Shown here one piece after another: positions 1 through 9,309 of a stretch of 39,250 nucleotides of DNA (positions within the stretch are counted from its first letter, which is position 1; each line of letters begins with the position of its first letter). Source of the DNA: a virus (Duplodnaviria > Caudoviricetes). A program made the position numbers and the translations under genes. Under the pieces are notes generated by a model that saw nothing but the letters and a program-made list of their open reading frames with translations, did no database searches and was not told where the DNA came from. The stretch lies in IMG/VR virus record IMGVR_UViG_3300037484_000690, positions 1 to 39,250 of that record; one strand, 5' to 3'.

Positions 1-127
1 GGGCAACGGACGCGGGCGCAGGGAGGAGAACGTCAAGGCCCTTCGCGCCCTCTTCGTGGACCACGACGGAACGGGCGGGGAGCCGGCGCAGGGGATGCGG
101 GAGATGCTGTTCATCCCGGAGCCCCAT
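1..127. repeat. Terminal direct repeat, left copy (identical to 39124-39250); indicates a circular assembly
   Basis: Exact 127-nt identity between the two ends, inside the primase ORF; 127 is a common assembler k-mer length. Confidence 0.95.
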
Positions 128-2101
128 CTGGTGGTTCGGAGCGGGGGGTCGGACCGTAACGAGCACTGGCTCTGGCTCCTGTCGCCAGGGGAGCCGGTAA
201 CGGGCTTCGTGGGGGCCCAGAAGTCCCTGGCGGCCAAGCTGGGCTCCGACCCCGCCGTGCACGACCTGCCACGGGTTCTCAGGCTCCCGGGGACCTTGCA
301 TCAGAAGGACCGCTCCCTCCCCGCCCTGGTGACGTTCGTCCGGACCGGGGCCAGCGGGACCTACCACATGGACGAGGTGGCCCCCGCCCCCGAGCCCCAG
401 GCCCCGAGCCTAACCCCTCCCCCGCTTCCTGCCCCCGCCTCCCGGGTCCTGTCTTCGGACTCCCGCGCCAGGTGCGAGGCCTACGTCGCCAGCATCTTCG
501 CGACGGAGGGCGAGGGAGGGGACCTCCAGACCTTCAAGGCCGCCTGCGCTTGCGTCCGGGACTTCGGGCTTGACCGGACTACCGGATGGGAGGTTCTACG
601 GGCATGGAACCAGACCAACGCATCCCCTCCCTGGTCCGAGCCAGAGCTGGGTAAGAAATTCATGAGCGCGGAGAAGTACGGCAAGGCCCCCGTCTCGGCC
701 AAGGTCAGTCAACAGATGACCGCTATCCGCTCAGAGAAGGCGTCCGCAGACGCGACCTCCCTGGCGACCAAGAACCCCACGTACGACCCTGCCAACTGGG
801 CCGTGGACGTCTCCCGAGGGGGCAGGGGGTGGCGGGAGTTTCGGGACGGGGCCTGGACGGAGGGAATCTCCGAATCGGCCCTGGATCGCCTTCTCAAGAA
901 CGGCGCCAAGCTCGACAAGAACGGCGTGGAGGCATGGAAGGACTCGGTGACCCCCGTGTTCTACTCGGGACCCGTGTACGGTAGCTCCGAGCGTATCTCC
1001 ACCGTGGACGGCCGGGACGTGGCCAACACCTTCCGACGCCCGACCCTTGAACCAGCCATGGGTGACTGCGAACCCGTCCATCAGGTCATACGCAACCTCT
1101 GTGCCAACGATGAAGAGGCCGTGACCTGGCTGACGGGCTGGCTGGCCAAGCTGGTCCAGAACGTGCATGACGGCTCTCCCGCCCGTATCGGGACGGCTCC
1201 GTTCCTCTTCGGGGCCAAGGGCTCGGGAAAGGGGGTCCTAGAGGAGGTCATGAAGGCTTGCGTGGGCAAGTGGAACGTGGCCAGCATCTCACAGCGGGAG
1301 CTGACGTCGGACTTCAACAGCTACCTCGACGGGGTCCTGGTGGTTTTCGCGAACGAGGTCTGGGCCGCTGACGGCAACGGGGGGAGGTCCGAGAAGCTGG
1401 CCTCCAAAATCAAGGACGCTATCACCTGCCATGACCGGCTCATAAATTGCAAGGGCGTCCCCGAGATCAACCGTATCGCCGTGGAAAACTGGATCTTCTC
1501 CAGCAACTCCCACCGACCCACGGACGTGGAGAAGGGGGACAGGCGCCTTACCCTGCTACAGACGGGTCCCGCCATAGGGGCCGAGCTAGGCGCTCGCGTG
1601 GCGGACGACGCCCGGTCTGGGGGCCCGATGGCCCGAGCCTTCCTGGGCTACCTTCTGTCGCGCCCCCGGGAGGCCCTGGTCGGAGACTACCGCCCCCTGG
1701 AGAACGCTGCCAAGGAGCAGGTCCGGGAGGTCTCGGGTAACAGCGCGACCAAGTACGCGCTCGCGATTCGTAAGCGCGGCTTTTGGAACACGACCGGGGC
1801 CTGGGGGCGGGGGCTGCAAGAGGCCTACGTCCAGGGTCCCGGGGGAGGGCCCTTGCTCCACGCGTCCGAGGACGGGACGGAAAGCGCCTACATCACCCTG
1901 CATTCCCTGATGGAGGTCTACAAGGCGTGGTGCTCGTCGGTCAACGCCCCCGCGGCCCAGCTCACGACCCTGATAGCGGCCATCAAGGAGGAGTTTCCCG
2001 GGCTAGTGGACGGGGAGGCGAGGGTCGATGGAAGGGACGAGTTGTGTGTCGCGGGCCTTCCTGGTATGTTCCCCGTTGCACAGAGCACACTTTCCTTCTA
2101 G
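1..2101 (+). CDS. Primase-helicase, 3' part (RepB-like primase, helical linker and SF3/D5-like DUF5906-type helicase); starts at 38909 across the junction, about 771 aa in total
   Basis: ALFVDHD, HWLW and DLPRVLRLPG primase motifs; Walker A GAKGSGKG, Walker B VVFANE, motif C IFSSN, DRR arginine finger. Confidence 0.85.
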   Translation, partial: GNGRGRREENVKALRALFVDHDGTGGEPAQGMREMLFIPEPHLVVRSGGSDRNEHWLWLLSPGEPVTGFVGAQKSLAAKLGSDPAVHDLPRVLRLPGTLHQKDRSLPALVTFVRTGASGTYHMDEVAPAPEPQAPSLTPPPLPAPASRVLSSDSRARCEAYVASIFATEGEGGDLQTFKAACACVRDFGLDRTTGWEVLRAWNQTNASPPWSEPELGKKFMSAEKYGKAPVSAKVSQQMTAIRSEKASADATSLATKNPTYDPANWAVDVSRGGRGWREFRDGAWTEGISESALDRLLKNGAKLDKNGVEAWKDSVTPVFYSGPVYGSSERISTVDGRDVANTFRRPTLEPAMGDCEPVHQVIRNLCANDEEAVTWLTGWLAKLVQNVHDGSPARIGTAPFLFGAKGSGKGVLEEVMKACVGKWNVASISQRELTSDFNSYLDGVLVVFANEVWAADGNGGRSEKLASKIKDAITCHDRLINCKGVPEINRIAVENWIFSSNSHRPTDVEKGDRRLTLLQTGPAIGAELGARVADDARSGGPMARAFLGYLLSRPREALVGDYRPLENAAKEQVREVSGNSATKYALAIRKRGFWNTTGAWGRGLQEAYVQGPGGGPLLHASEDGTESAYITLHSLMEVYKAWCSSVNAPAAQLTTLIAAIKEEFPGLVDGEARVDGRDELCVAGLPGMFPVAQSTLSF

Positions 2102-2108
2102 GGGTCAC

Positions 2109-2624
2109 ATGGCATCGCACCAATTGAAGGGCGCGGACTGGATCGAGCGGGACTGGCACGGGGCATACGTCGGATACACCTGCAAGGCCCGTGGGTGCGC
2201 GTTGGGCAACATGCGTGGCAGTGGCGGGAACAAGCGGGGGGCTGGCGCTGGCTACTGCGCTCGACACTACCGACAATTCCTTCGCACGGGGAGCCCCCTG
2301 ACCCGCAAGGAGGTGTCGTCCGCAGCCCTGGTGGACGCGGCCCTCGCCTACGCTGACGCCCCAGGCGCCGAGACCGTAGGCGGCCTGATGTGGGCCGCTG
2401 TCGAAATGGAGTGCGCCATGTTGCGCCTGTCCGCCCCAGGGCCGGTGGAGATGGACCTGGCCCCGGGCGCCAACCGTCTCGCCCAGGCGGCTCGGGAGTA
2501 TGCGGAGGTGGACCCGGGCCGCGACCACGACGAAGAGTTCACCTTGGCGTCGGGAGTCCTGTTTATCGAGGCCAGGCGCTACGCCAAGCAATTCATGCCG
2601 TCACGGAAGGGGGTCAAGGAATGA
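2109..2624 (+). CDS. Hypothetical protein with Cys/His cluster (CKARGC...YCARH), possible zinc-binding domain
   Basis: ATG at 2109, 7 nt after the primase stop; overlaps the next gene by ATGA. Confidence 0.55.
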   Translation: MASHQLKGADWIERDWHGAYVGYTCKARGCALGNMRGSGGNKRGAGAGYCARHYRQFLRTGSPLTRKEVSSAALVDAALAYADAPGAETVGGLMWAAVEMECAMLRLSAPGPVEMDLAPGANRLAQAAREYAEVDPGRDHDEEFTLASGVLFIEARRYAKQFMPSRKGVKE

Positions 2625-3136
2625 CCACGGCCCAGAAGCTGGCGGCGTCCCTGGCCGTCCTCCTGGTGGCGTCCGGGGGCGGGTACCTTGCGGGTAGGCG
2701 CTCTGCCCCCGCCCGAGTCGAGACGCGGGAAAGGGTGGTCGACCGAGAGGTGGTCAAAGAGGTGGTCAAGTGGCGCACCAGGACCGTCGTCAAGCGCGAC
2801 GTGCGCCGGGAGGTGGTTACCGTGACCCGGCCGGACGGGACCAGGGAGACCAGGGCCCTGACGGACTTCCACACGGACCGGATGAACCTGTCGCTCGGCA
2901 ATGGGTCCAGGGATACCTCCCGAGAGACCGTCCAGGAGCGCTCGGGAGTCACGGTGCGCGACGTTCGGCCCAGATGGATGCTGGGCGTCACGGCTTCGTC
3001 TGCGTTGCGCCTGGGGGCTCTGGAGCCGTCCTGGGGGGTGGAGGGGAAGGTCAGGGCTCTGGGGCCATTCTGGCTGGGGGTGGGGGTGGAGCCCGCAGCG
3101 AAGCGGGGGACGGTGTCCCTGGGGGTGGCGTTCTAA
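2621..3136 (+). CDS. Membrane-anchored protein with C-terminal amphipathic beta strands (possible spanin-like or outer-membrane protein)
   Basis: N-terminal hydrophobic helix LAASLAVLLVASGGGYL; V/E/T/R-rich linker; ends in GTVSLGVAF. Confidence 0.55.
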   Translation: MTTAQKLAASLAVLLVASGGGYLAGRRSAPARVETRERVVDREVVKEVVKWRTRTVVKRDVRREVVTVTRPDGTRETRALTDFHTDRMNLSLGNGSRDTSRETVQERSGVTVRDVRPRWMLGVTASSALRLGALEPSWGVEGKVRALGPFWLGVGVEPAAKRGTVSLGVAF

Positions 3137-3669
3137 TGGCTGGCCATATCGCGACCAGTCGGCGGGATGACTGGTGTACCCCGAAGCACATAGTGGATGC
3201 CGTCCATCGGGCGTTCGGCGGGCCCCCGGACCTAGATCCCGCCTCCAACACCAGCTCCATCGTGGGGGCGCGGAGGGCCCTGGTCCTCCCTCCGAACGAC
3301 GTTCGCCAAGCGGATCTGGTCCCGTGGGTCAAACTGCCCCCCGGATTCGAGTACGGGGATGGGCTCAGGGACCCGTGGGAGGGTAAGGTTTTCTGCAACC
3401 CGCCGTTTGGCAGGGGTCTGGACCAGTGGGTTTCCCGGGTACAGGTCCGGAGGGGAGAGGTCATTCTCCTTATTCCCGCCGCCACGGACACCAAGCGCTG
3501 GCGCCGGCACGTGGTGACGGCGTCCCGGATCTGCTTCCTGAGGGGCCGGGTCCGGTATGTGGGCGCCCCAGCCTCCGCCCCCTTCGCCACGTGCCTGGCG
3601 TACTGGGGTCGGGACCCGGAGAGCTTCCACTGGGCATTCGAGGATCTGGGGTGGGTGGTCACCCCTTGA
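3136..3669 (+). CDS. Phage DNA N6-adenine methyltransferase (Dam family, PF05869-like)
   Basis: DDWCTP, DLDPAS, VFCNPPF and FLRGRVRY motifs; ATG overlaps the upstream TAA. Confidence 0.85.
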   Translation: MAGHIATSRRDDWCTPKHIVDAVHRAFGGPPDLDPASNTSSIVGARRALVLPPNDVRQADLVPWVKLPPGFEYGDGLRDPWEGKVFCNPPFGRGLDQWVSRVQVRRGEVILLIPAATDTKRWRRHVVTASRICFLRGRVRYVGAPASAPFATCLAYWGRDPESFHWAFEDLGWVVTP

Positions 3670-3700
3670 CGGGTCCCCGGGGTCGTGGTACTCTCTGCGG
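3666..3700 (+). promoter_or_regulatory. Sigma70-like promoter giving a leaderless mRNA
   Basis: TTGACG-17 bp-TACTCT with TG extension; ATG 3701 lies 6 nt after the -10. Confidence 0.7.
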
Positions 3701-3937
3701 ATGAAGCTCATAACTGATTCAGCGGGAATCGCGCACCTGATGGCAGCGGCGGAGGAGCGGGCGGCCATTCATCGGACCTCAGCCATCTACTGTGGTCTAC
3801 AGGTGATCAGGGAGCGGCTCTTTGACGAATCGGCCATGGCGTGGGGGCCGGACATGCGGTTCCTGTTCCATTCGCTGTCCCGGGACCTGGCGGAGCGGGC
3901 TGAAGCGTGCCAGGTCTCTAGCGAGAGGAAGTCATGA
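3701..3937 (+). CDS. Hypothetical protein
   Basis: ATG at the predicted transcription start; ATGA overlap with the next gene. Confidence 0.6.
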   Translation: MKLITDSAGIAHLMAAAEERAAIHRTSAIYCGLQVIRERLFDESAMAWGPDMRFLFHSLSRDLAERAEACQVSSERKS

Positions 3938-4146
3938 GCAAGCCAGGCATAAGCGTCAACCAGCCCAAGGAATACTTCTACTTCATTCCGCTCGTGATGG
4001 GCCTCTGTAGGGAGTCGGCCCGTCACGCCGGATGGACCAACGAGAGGTGGATCAAGTTCCACGACGAGGCCATGGCCGCTGACGATGACAGGTTTCTCGA
4101 GGTAGTCTCCAGAGAGTTTGACGTAGCCGGGAAGGCGACACCATGA
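3934..4146 (+). CDS. Hypothetical protein
   Basis: GAGG RBS; translationally coupled on both sides. Confidence 0.65.
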   Translation: MSKPGISVNQPKEYFYFIPLVMGLCRESARHAGWTNERWIKFHDEAMAADDDRFLEVVSREFDVAGKATP

Positions 4147-4727
4147 CCCCTCCGAAGCCCAAGACCCAGCGCAGGAGGCACATTACCGAGACCCTTCCCG
4201 CAGTGGTGGAGGCCGTTCTCTTGGGCCGGGAGCCGGGCTGCTCGACCGCCTTCGCTCAACTTAAGGAGGTGTGGGCGCCCCTACTCAGCAAGCTACGCGC
4301 CGGGCCCGGGCGGGGGAATCCGGAGTTCGATTCCCAGATGGACGAGGTGCTGCTCCGGGCGTGCAGGCGCTGCAACCCCGCCAACCTGGTGTTCAAGTGG
4401 TGGTATTCGGTGCTCCGAAACGCGGCTCTGGACATGTACGCCAAGGAGTGCACCATCCGGCGACGGGAGCAATTGACCGAGTGCCAGGCCGAACTTGACG
4501 GCGTCGCCCCGGAGCCCATGTCCGATTCGGAACGGGACCGGATGGAGCAGGACCTGGACTACCTGGCCGAGGAGGTCAGGGCCACCATCCTCCTCCTCCC
4601 GTCGCCAGAGCGGGAGATGGTAGAGAGGTGGTTGGACGGGGACCGGAAGATGACGCCCGGAGGCAAGGCGTGGTCGCCTCAGGCTTACGTGAGGGGCCTC
4701 CGGATGCTGAGGGAGATCCTGGGGTAG
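4143..4727 (+). CDS. Sigma70/ECF-like transcription factor
   Basis: Region 2-like FKWWYSVLRNAALDMY; region 4-like ILLLPSPEREMVERWL...RGLRMLREIL; 194 aa. Confidence 0.6.
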   Translation: MTPPKPKTQRRRHITETLPAVVEAVLLGREPGCSTAFAQLKEVWAPLLSKLRAGPGRGNPEFDSQMDEVLLRACRRCNPANLVFKWWYSVLRNAALDMYAKECTIRRREQLTECQAELDGVAPEPMSDSERDRMEQDLDYLAEEVRATILLLPSPEREMVERWLDGDRKMTPGGKAWSPQAYVRGLRMLREILG

Positions 4728-4728
4728 C

Positions 4729-6219
4729 CTACCTGCCCGGGTGATACTCCCCTGCCGCCTCCCGGTACTCGGCGCTGGTGTTCCGGAGTCTGTCGTCTGC
4801 GACTGGGTCGTCATGCCTAGCGGCTGCGATTCCGTCGTTTTCTTTTGCGAGCGCCGATGCCGCGGACGCCCCTCCCTGACTCCCGCCGCGCAGGTAGTTG
4901 ACGAGCCTAAGGGGCATCTCCGTGCCCTTGCCCGGGCCCAGCACGCCCCTGGGGACCTGGGTCAGGTTGAACGGCTTGGGTGCCGCCGTGGTGGCGGCGT
5001 CCGACAGGGCCTTCGACGCGGGGGCCAGGGTCGCTAGGATGCGGTACTGCTCCCGGAGGGGTGTCAGCTCCGGGGCCATCTTAGTGGCGACCGCGCTTGC
5101 CTCGTCCCAGACCCCCCGGGCGAAGTCTGCGGCTGCCCGGTTTCCCGGGTCCAGCTTCGGGCCTCCGGACTGCTTGAATACCTGGCTCATGACTGATGAG
5201 TGCCAGTCATGTAGCGCGGAGAACGGGACGCTCCCTCCGTTCCCGGCCGCAACGGCAGCCAGGTGATCCAGCTCCCTCTTGATGAATGGGCTGGAGGCGG
5301 CGCTTTTCTCTAGGCCGCTCTGGGCTTCGGTGAAGGCGTTGACGGCGGCCCTCTGGATGGTCTCCAGGGGCATCCCGGCGGGCCGACCGGACGCAGCCGC
5401 CATGCGGTCCAGGCGCGCGAACGCCTGCCCAATAGGCCGGCCAACCGCCTCCTTGAGGTCGAGCAGGTCGGCAGATGACTTGATCTCCGGCCGGTTGACC
5501 AGCTCCACGGCCTTAGCCACAAGCGCCTGCGTTGCCTCTGGCCGGGACGTCTTCCGCCCCAGGGCCGAGCCGATACCCTCGCCCACCAGGTCCCGGAGCT
5601 TGCCGAGCGCCCTGTCGAGACCAATCTTCCTCACCAGGGCCCCGCCCCCCTCGCCAACAACCCCCTGGCCAACGGCCCCGCCCACCCCCCCGAGCGCAGC
5701 GCCCTCCGCGGTCCCTCTCTCCGCAGCCCCAGCAAGGGCCCCAGCAGCCCCCTGGCCGGCCATGCGGATGGCGGGGGCCGCGTACTGCACCCCCTTCGCC
5801 GCGGCGGCCAGCGGGGCAGCCAGGGCGCTTCCCGCCGCATACAGCGGGGCCTGCGACGCCAGACCTCCTACGAACGACGCAACGGGGGAGCGCTCCCTAG
5901 CGAGCGCCCTGTCGGCTTCCAGGCCCCGCTGAACCTCCTGGCGACCCTCTTCCCCGGTCCCCAGGATGCCCGCCGTGACGCGGGTAATGACCGGGTCGAG
6001 GGCGTACCTCAGCCCCCCGGATGCCCCGGCCATGAAGTCCTGTGCGGTTTCCCCGACCCGCCCCATAAAGGTCGGGTTCTCCTTGACAGGGGCAGAAGCC
6101 CCCGCGCTCGCTGCATGCGGTCCGAATTCTGCCTCCTGCCACGTGCTCTGCTCTTTTTGAATTTGAACGCTCTCGTCGGAAGAGGGGAATTCAGCCTCCT
6201 GGGGGGTGGGCTCTGGCAT
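4729..6219 (-). CDS. Internal virion / DNA ejection protein
   Basis: Ala/Gly-rich helical 496-aa protein; last gene of the structural operon, a typical podovirus position. Confidence 0.55.
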   Translation of the reverse strand: MPEPTPQEAEFPSSDESVQIQKEQSTWQEAEFGPHAASAGASAPVKENPTFMGRVGETAQDFMAGASGGLRYALDPVITRVTAGILGTGEEGRQEVQRGLEADRALARERSPVASFVGGLASQAPLYAAGSALAAPLAAAAKGVQYAAPAIRMAGQGAAGALAGAAERGTAEGAALGGVGGAVGQGVVGEGGGALVRKIGLDRALGKLRDLVGEGIGSALGRKTSRPEATQALVAKAVELVNRPEIKSSADLLDLKEAVGRPIGQAFARLDRMAAASGRPAGMPLETIQRAAVNAFTEAQSGLEKSAASSPFIKRELDHLAAVAAGNGGSVPFSALHDWHSSVMSQVFKQSGGPKLDPGNRAAADFARGVWDEASAVATKMAPELTPLREQYRILATLAPASKALSDAATTAAPKPFNLTQVPRGVLGPGKGTEMPLRLVNYLRGGSQGGASAASALAKENDGIAAARHDDPVADDRLRNTSAEYREAAGEYHPGR

Positions 6220-6221
6220 GG

Positions 6222-7886
6222 CTATTCCTTGATCCGTGACGCCCCGGACGGGTTGAGGTAACGGGTTCCGGGCTTGAGGGCCTGGAACTCCTCCCGCGTG
6301 GCTGGCATCCTGATGTGGGATTCGTACCTACCCTGTCCAGACCTGTCCACGGTTTCGTGGAAGCGTCGGCTAGCCATGTCTCGCTGCCGGATGAACTCCT
6401 CTCGGTGCTGGGCGTCGAACAGATCCTTGAGGGCTGGGAGGCGCATCTTGGATGCGTACGCCTGGGACTCAACCTCCCCCTTCTCTCCGGGGTTGGTGCG
6501 GTTGAAGTATTCCCGCATTTGGGCCAGCTCGGCCTCGTTGATGGCCTTGAGGCGTTCGTAGAGCTGGGTGGCGGGAACCGAAACGTTGCCAAGCCACGGC
6601 ACCTTGACGCCCAGGCCGGCAGCCGCCTCCGGCAGCCCCATTAGGCGGATCATCTCGTCCGGTCGCTCAGAGGTCTCGATCCTGTGGATGTTGGCCCTGG
6701 CGGCACTGCCATGGCGGTATCGCTGCTCCTCCTCTGGCGGCAGCGGGGGCGACCCCTTGACGCGCGATGCGTCCGGGACCTGATGCTGGCCCTCTCCCAC
6801 ATCCACGAACCCGGGAGGGTTGACGGTGGCCCCGGGAGCGCCCTGGAATCCAGACGGAGCCGCTGACGATGCCGAAGCGCCCAGTCGTTCCGGAATGGGG
6901 GGGACGCTTGGGGCTCCGGTGCCCTGAGCAGCCAGCCAGGACTCCGCAGACGTCTTGACGGTTTCCCAGTACGCCTTCGCGGGGCCTGTGGCCGCCTCCA
7001 TGTTCGCCTTGGCGGCGTCGGCCATGTTCTTGACCGCCTCGGTCTCCTTGACCCGAGCGTCGTACGGCGTCAACTGCGCGGACCTCACCGCCTCCTGGCG
7101 ACCCTTCATTCCCTCTGCGGACTTCTGAGCGGTCTCAGCGGCATTTTTGGAGGATGCCTCAAGCTGTCCAAGCGTCTGCGCCAGAACGAGGGTGGGGGCC
7201 TGGCTCCACCTGGACATGGAGGCGGACATCTGCTCAGCCGTGGGAGGGATGCCGTTGTTGGCGGCAAGGGCCTCGGCCTGGGCCACCTGGCGTACCGCGG
7301 CCTCGTGAACCGAGGGATCCCGCTGCATGGCCATATAGGCGTTGATGGCAGCGCGTCGGGTCAGGTCTTTCTGTTCCTCCTCGCGCGCCTGGCCTCCATA
7401 CTTCAGCTCCTGCTCGCCCGCGGCCCGGCGGCGCATGACTCTGGCCTCCTGGTCTGCCCCCACATCCTGGGGTCCCATGGGCGCAGCGATACCAACCCTG
7501 TTGAGCATGATGCTCTGGGCGCTAGGGCTTCCACCGAACAGAAGGTTCGTCCTCCTGTCCTGCTTCTGTGCGGCCTCCAGGGCCTCGTCCCCAAGCTCCG
7601 GAGACTGGAACTGGGGGCCGCGAACGGCTGCTGGCTTCAGGGTCTGGGCGGCAGCGATAGTGGGGTCGCCAGGGACCTGAGCGGGGGCGCGGTCAAACTC
7701 GGCTGAGAGGTCCGCTCCGGGGACCTGAGCCTTGTCGAAGTCAGCCGAGAGGTCAAGGCCGGGGGCTTCTGGTGTAGACGGCTCGGCCGAAGCCGGGGCC
7801 TCCGGGGCCTGGATGGACTTAAGGTACTTCACGAGCCTGGGATCCAGTCCCTCAGGGGACAGGTCCAGGCCAAGGGCGTCGGCCAT
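6222..7886 (-). CDS. Internal virion / DNA ejection protein
   Basis: 554 aa, Ala/Gln/Glu-rich; N-terminal GLDLS(A/P) repeats; GGGGGAG RBS; position. Confidence 0.55.
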   Translation of the reverse strand: MADALGLDLSPEGLDPRLVKYLKSIQAPEAPASAEPSTPEAPGLDLSADFDKAQVPGADLSAEFDRAPAQVPGDPTIAAAQTLKPAAVRGPQFQSPELGDEALEAAQKQDRRTNLLFGGSPSAQSIMLNRVGIAAPMGPQDVGADQEARVMRRRAAGEQELKYGGQAREEEQKDLTRRAAINAYMAMQRDPSVHEAAVRQVAQAEALAANNGIPPTAEQMSASMSRWSQAPTLVLAQTLGQLEASSKNAAETAQKSAEGMKGRQEAVRSAQLTPYDARVKETEAVKNMADAAKANMEAATGPAKAYWETVKTSAESWLAAQGTGAPSVPPIPERLGASASSAAPSGFQGAPGATVNPPGFVDVGEGQHQVPDASRVKGSPPLPPEEEQRYRHGSAARANIHRIETSERPDEMIRLMGLPEAAAGLGVKVPWLGNVSVPATQLYERLKAINEAELAQMREYFNRTNPGEKGEVESQAYASKMRLPALKDLFDAQHREEFIRQRDMASRRFHETVDRSGQGRYESHIRMPATREEFQALKPGTRYLNPSGASRIKE

Positions 7887-7888
7887 GA

Positions 7889-9301
7889 TTACTCCCCCCT
7901 CGCCAGCTTGTCCATCATCTCCGCCCGCTGCTTCATCGTCATCAGCGCCTTCAACCCCTCGGCGGTGTTATTCTCGGGCTCGGGCTTGGGCTGCTCGTCC
8001 TGGGCCACGGGGGACTTTCGCAGCATGTTCAGGATTCTCTGGTATCGGCTAGGCTCGGGCGTGGCGATGGTCTCACGGTCGATGACCACCTCGCCCGGGG
8101 AAGCCAGAATCGGAACCCGGTCGTCAGCATAGTCGTTGGTGCCGGGGATGGCGCCACCCTCAGCGTACTTTTGAGCGCCCTTGCGACCGGGCTTCGGCTC
8201 GTCGCCCTCAAGATCAAACGTCTGGACTCCGGGGTCCCCGGGCTTGGCCTTCTTGTACTTCTTTGATTCGGCCATCTTCTGGCGGGAGTCCTCGTCCGTG
8301 GTCTCGGGGCCCGCCAGGAGATTCGCCATGGGGTCACCGACTACTCCCCCTTCGGCCAGCGCAAGAGGGCCTCCAAGCCGATAGCTGCTTGAACCCTCAC
8401 CGCTCATATTACTGGTCAGGAATCGGCTCTGCTGGTCGACGCCCTGTGTGCCTTGACGCTTCATTCCAGGGTCGTCCGGAGCGCCCGTGCCGCCCTCGCC
8501 CTTGCCCAGCAGGCCCATGATGCTGGACAGGTCGAATCCGCCAGCCCCTCCGCCCACGACTCCGCCCTCGGCAAAAAGGCCGCCAGTGGCCCCGCCAGCA
8601 ACCTTGTCCGCGATACCACCAAGCCCAGCTCCGAACGCCGTGTCCGTCTTCTGCTGTGCCTCGCCCTGGGGGATAAGGGTCCCGGCAGCCAGGTTGCCCT
8701 GACCAAGTTGCGCCCCGGCCATCCCCTCGGCCTGCCTCGCCCGCTGGCCGGCGTTGAACTGGGCAAGTTGGTTGGCGGCGCTTCCTGCCTGGATATTCTG
8801 GCCCTGTGCTTCTCCAGCCAGGCGCCCTGATTCGCCAATGGCCTGAAGCGACCTGGTCCGCGCGTCGCCCGCAGCCTGAAGCCCGGTCATGCGGGCCTGG
8901 TTGGCGGCATTCTGGTTCGCGCCCTGCTCGAGCGCCAGCCCGGTACCTCCGCCCCCCATCCCGCGGGCCTGGGCGCTGGTCTTGAGGGCCTCTCGCTGGC
9001 CGCGAGCCTGGGTGTCGGCCCGATTCATGGCCTCCTGCTGGGCGGCGATGGATTGGGGGTCCATGCCTCCGGCGTTGGCGATTTCGGTCAAGCGGTCGAT
9101 GCCGCCACGCCGGGATGCTTCTAGGCCGGGATCCAGCTTGACCTGACTCTCGCCGGTCTGGTACTTGGCTCCCCCCAGGGTTCCGGCTGCCTGGCGGCCC
9201 GTCTCGGCGTACTGCTTGCGCGCTTCCTCGGCCTTCCTGTCGTAGTCCTCCTGACCCTCTGCGCCGCCCAACAGACCGCCGATATCGCCGAAGAGTCCCA
9301 T
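7889..9301 (-). CDS. Pilot/ejection protein
   Basis: N-terminus MGLFGDIGGLLGG; Gly/Ala/Gln-rich; three AEGG motifs and DDRVPILASPGEVVI. Confidence 0.6.
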   Translation of the reverse strand: MGLFGDIGGLLGGAEGQEDYDRKAEEARKQYAETGRQAAGTLGGAKYQTGESQVKLDPGLEASRRGGIDRLTEIANAGGMDPQSIAAQQEAMNRADTQARGQREALKTSAQARGMGGGGTGLALEQGANQNAANQARMTGLQAAGDARTRSLQAIGESGRLAGEAQGQNIQAGSAANQLAQFNAGQRARQAEGMAGAQLGQGNLAAGTLIPQGEAQQKTDTAFGAGLGGIADKVAGGATGGLFAEGGVVGGGAGGFDLSSIMGLLGKGEGGTGAPDDPGMKRQGTQGVDQQSRFLTSNMSGEGSSSYRLGGPLALAEGGVVGDPMANLLAGPETTDEDSRQKMAESKKYKKAKPGDPGVQTFDLEGDEPKPGRKGAQKYAEGGAIPGTNDYADDRVPILASPGEVVIDRETIATPEPSRYQRILNMLRKSPVAQDEQPKPEPENNTAEGLKALMTMKQRAEMMDKLARGE

Positions 9302-9309
9302 GTCCGCTC

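Noticed and set aside
1-127. 127-bp end repeat as a physical terminal repeat
   Set aside because: It lies inside the primase ORF and equals a common assembly k-mer, so it shows circularity only
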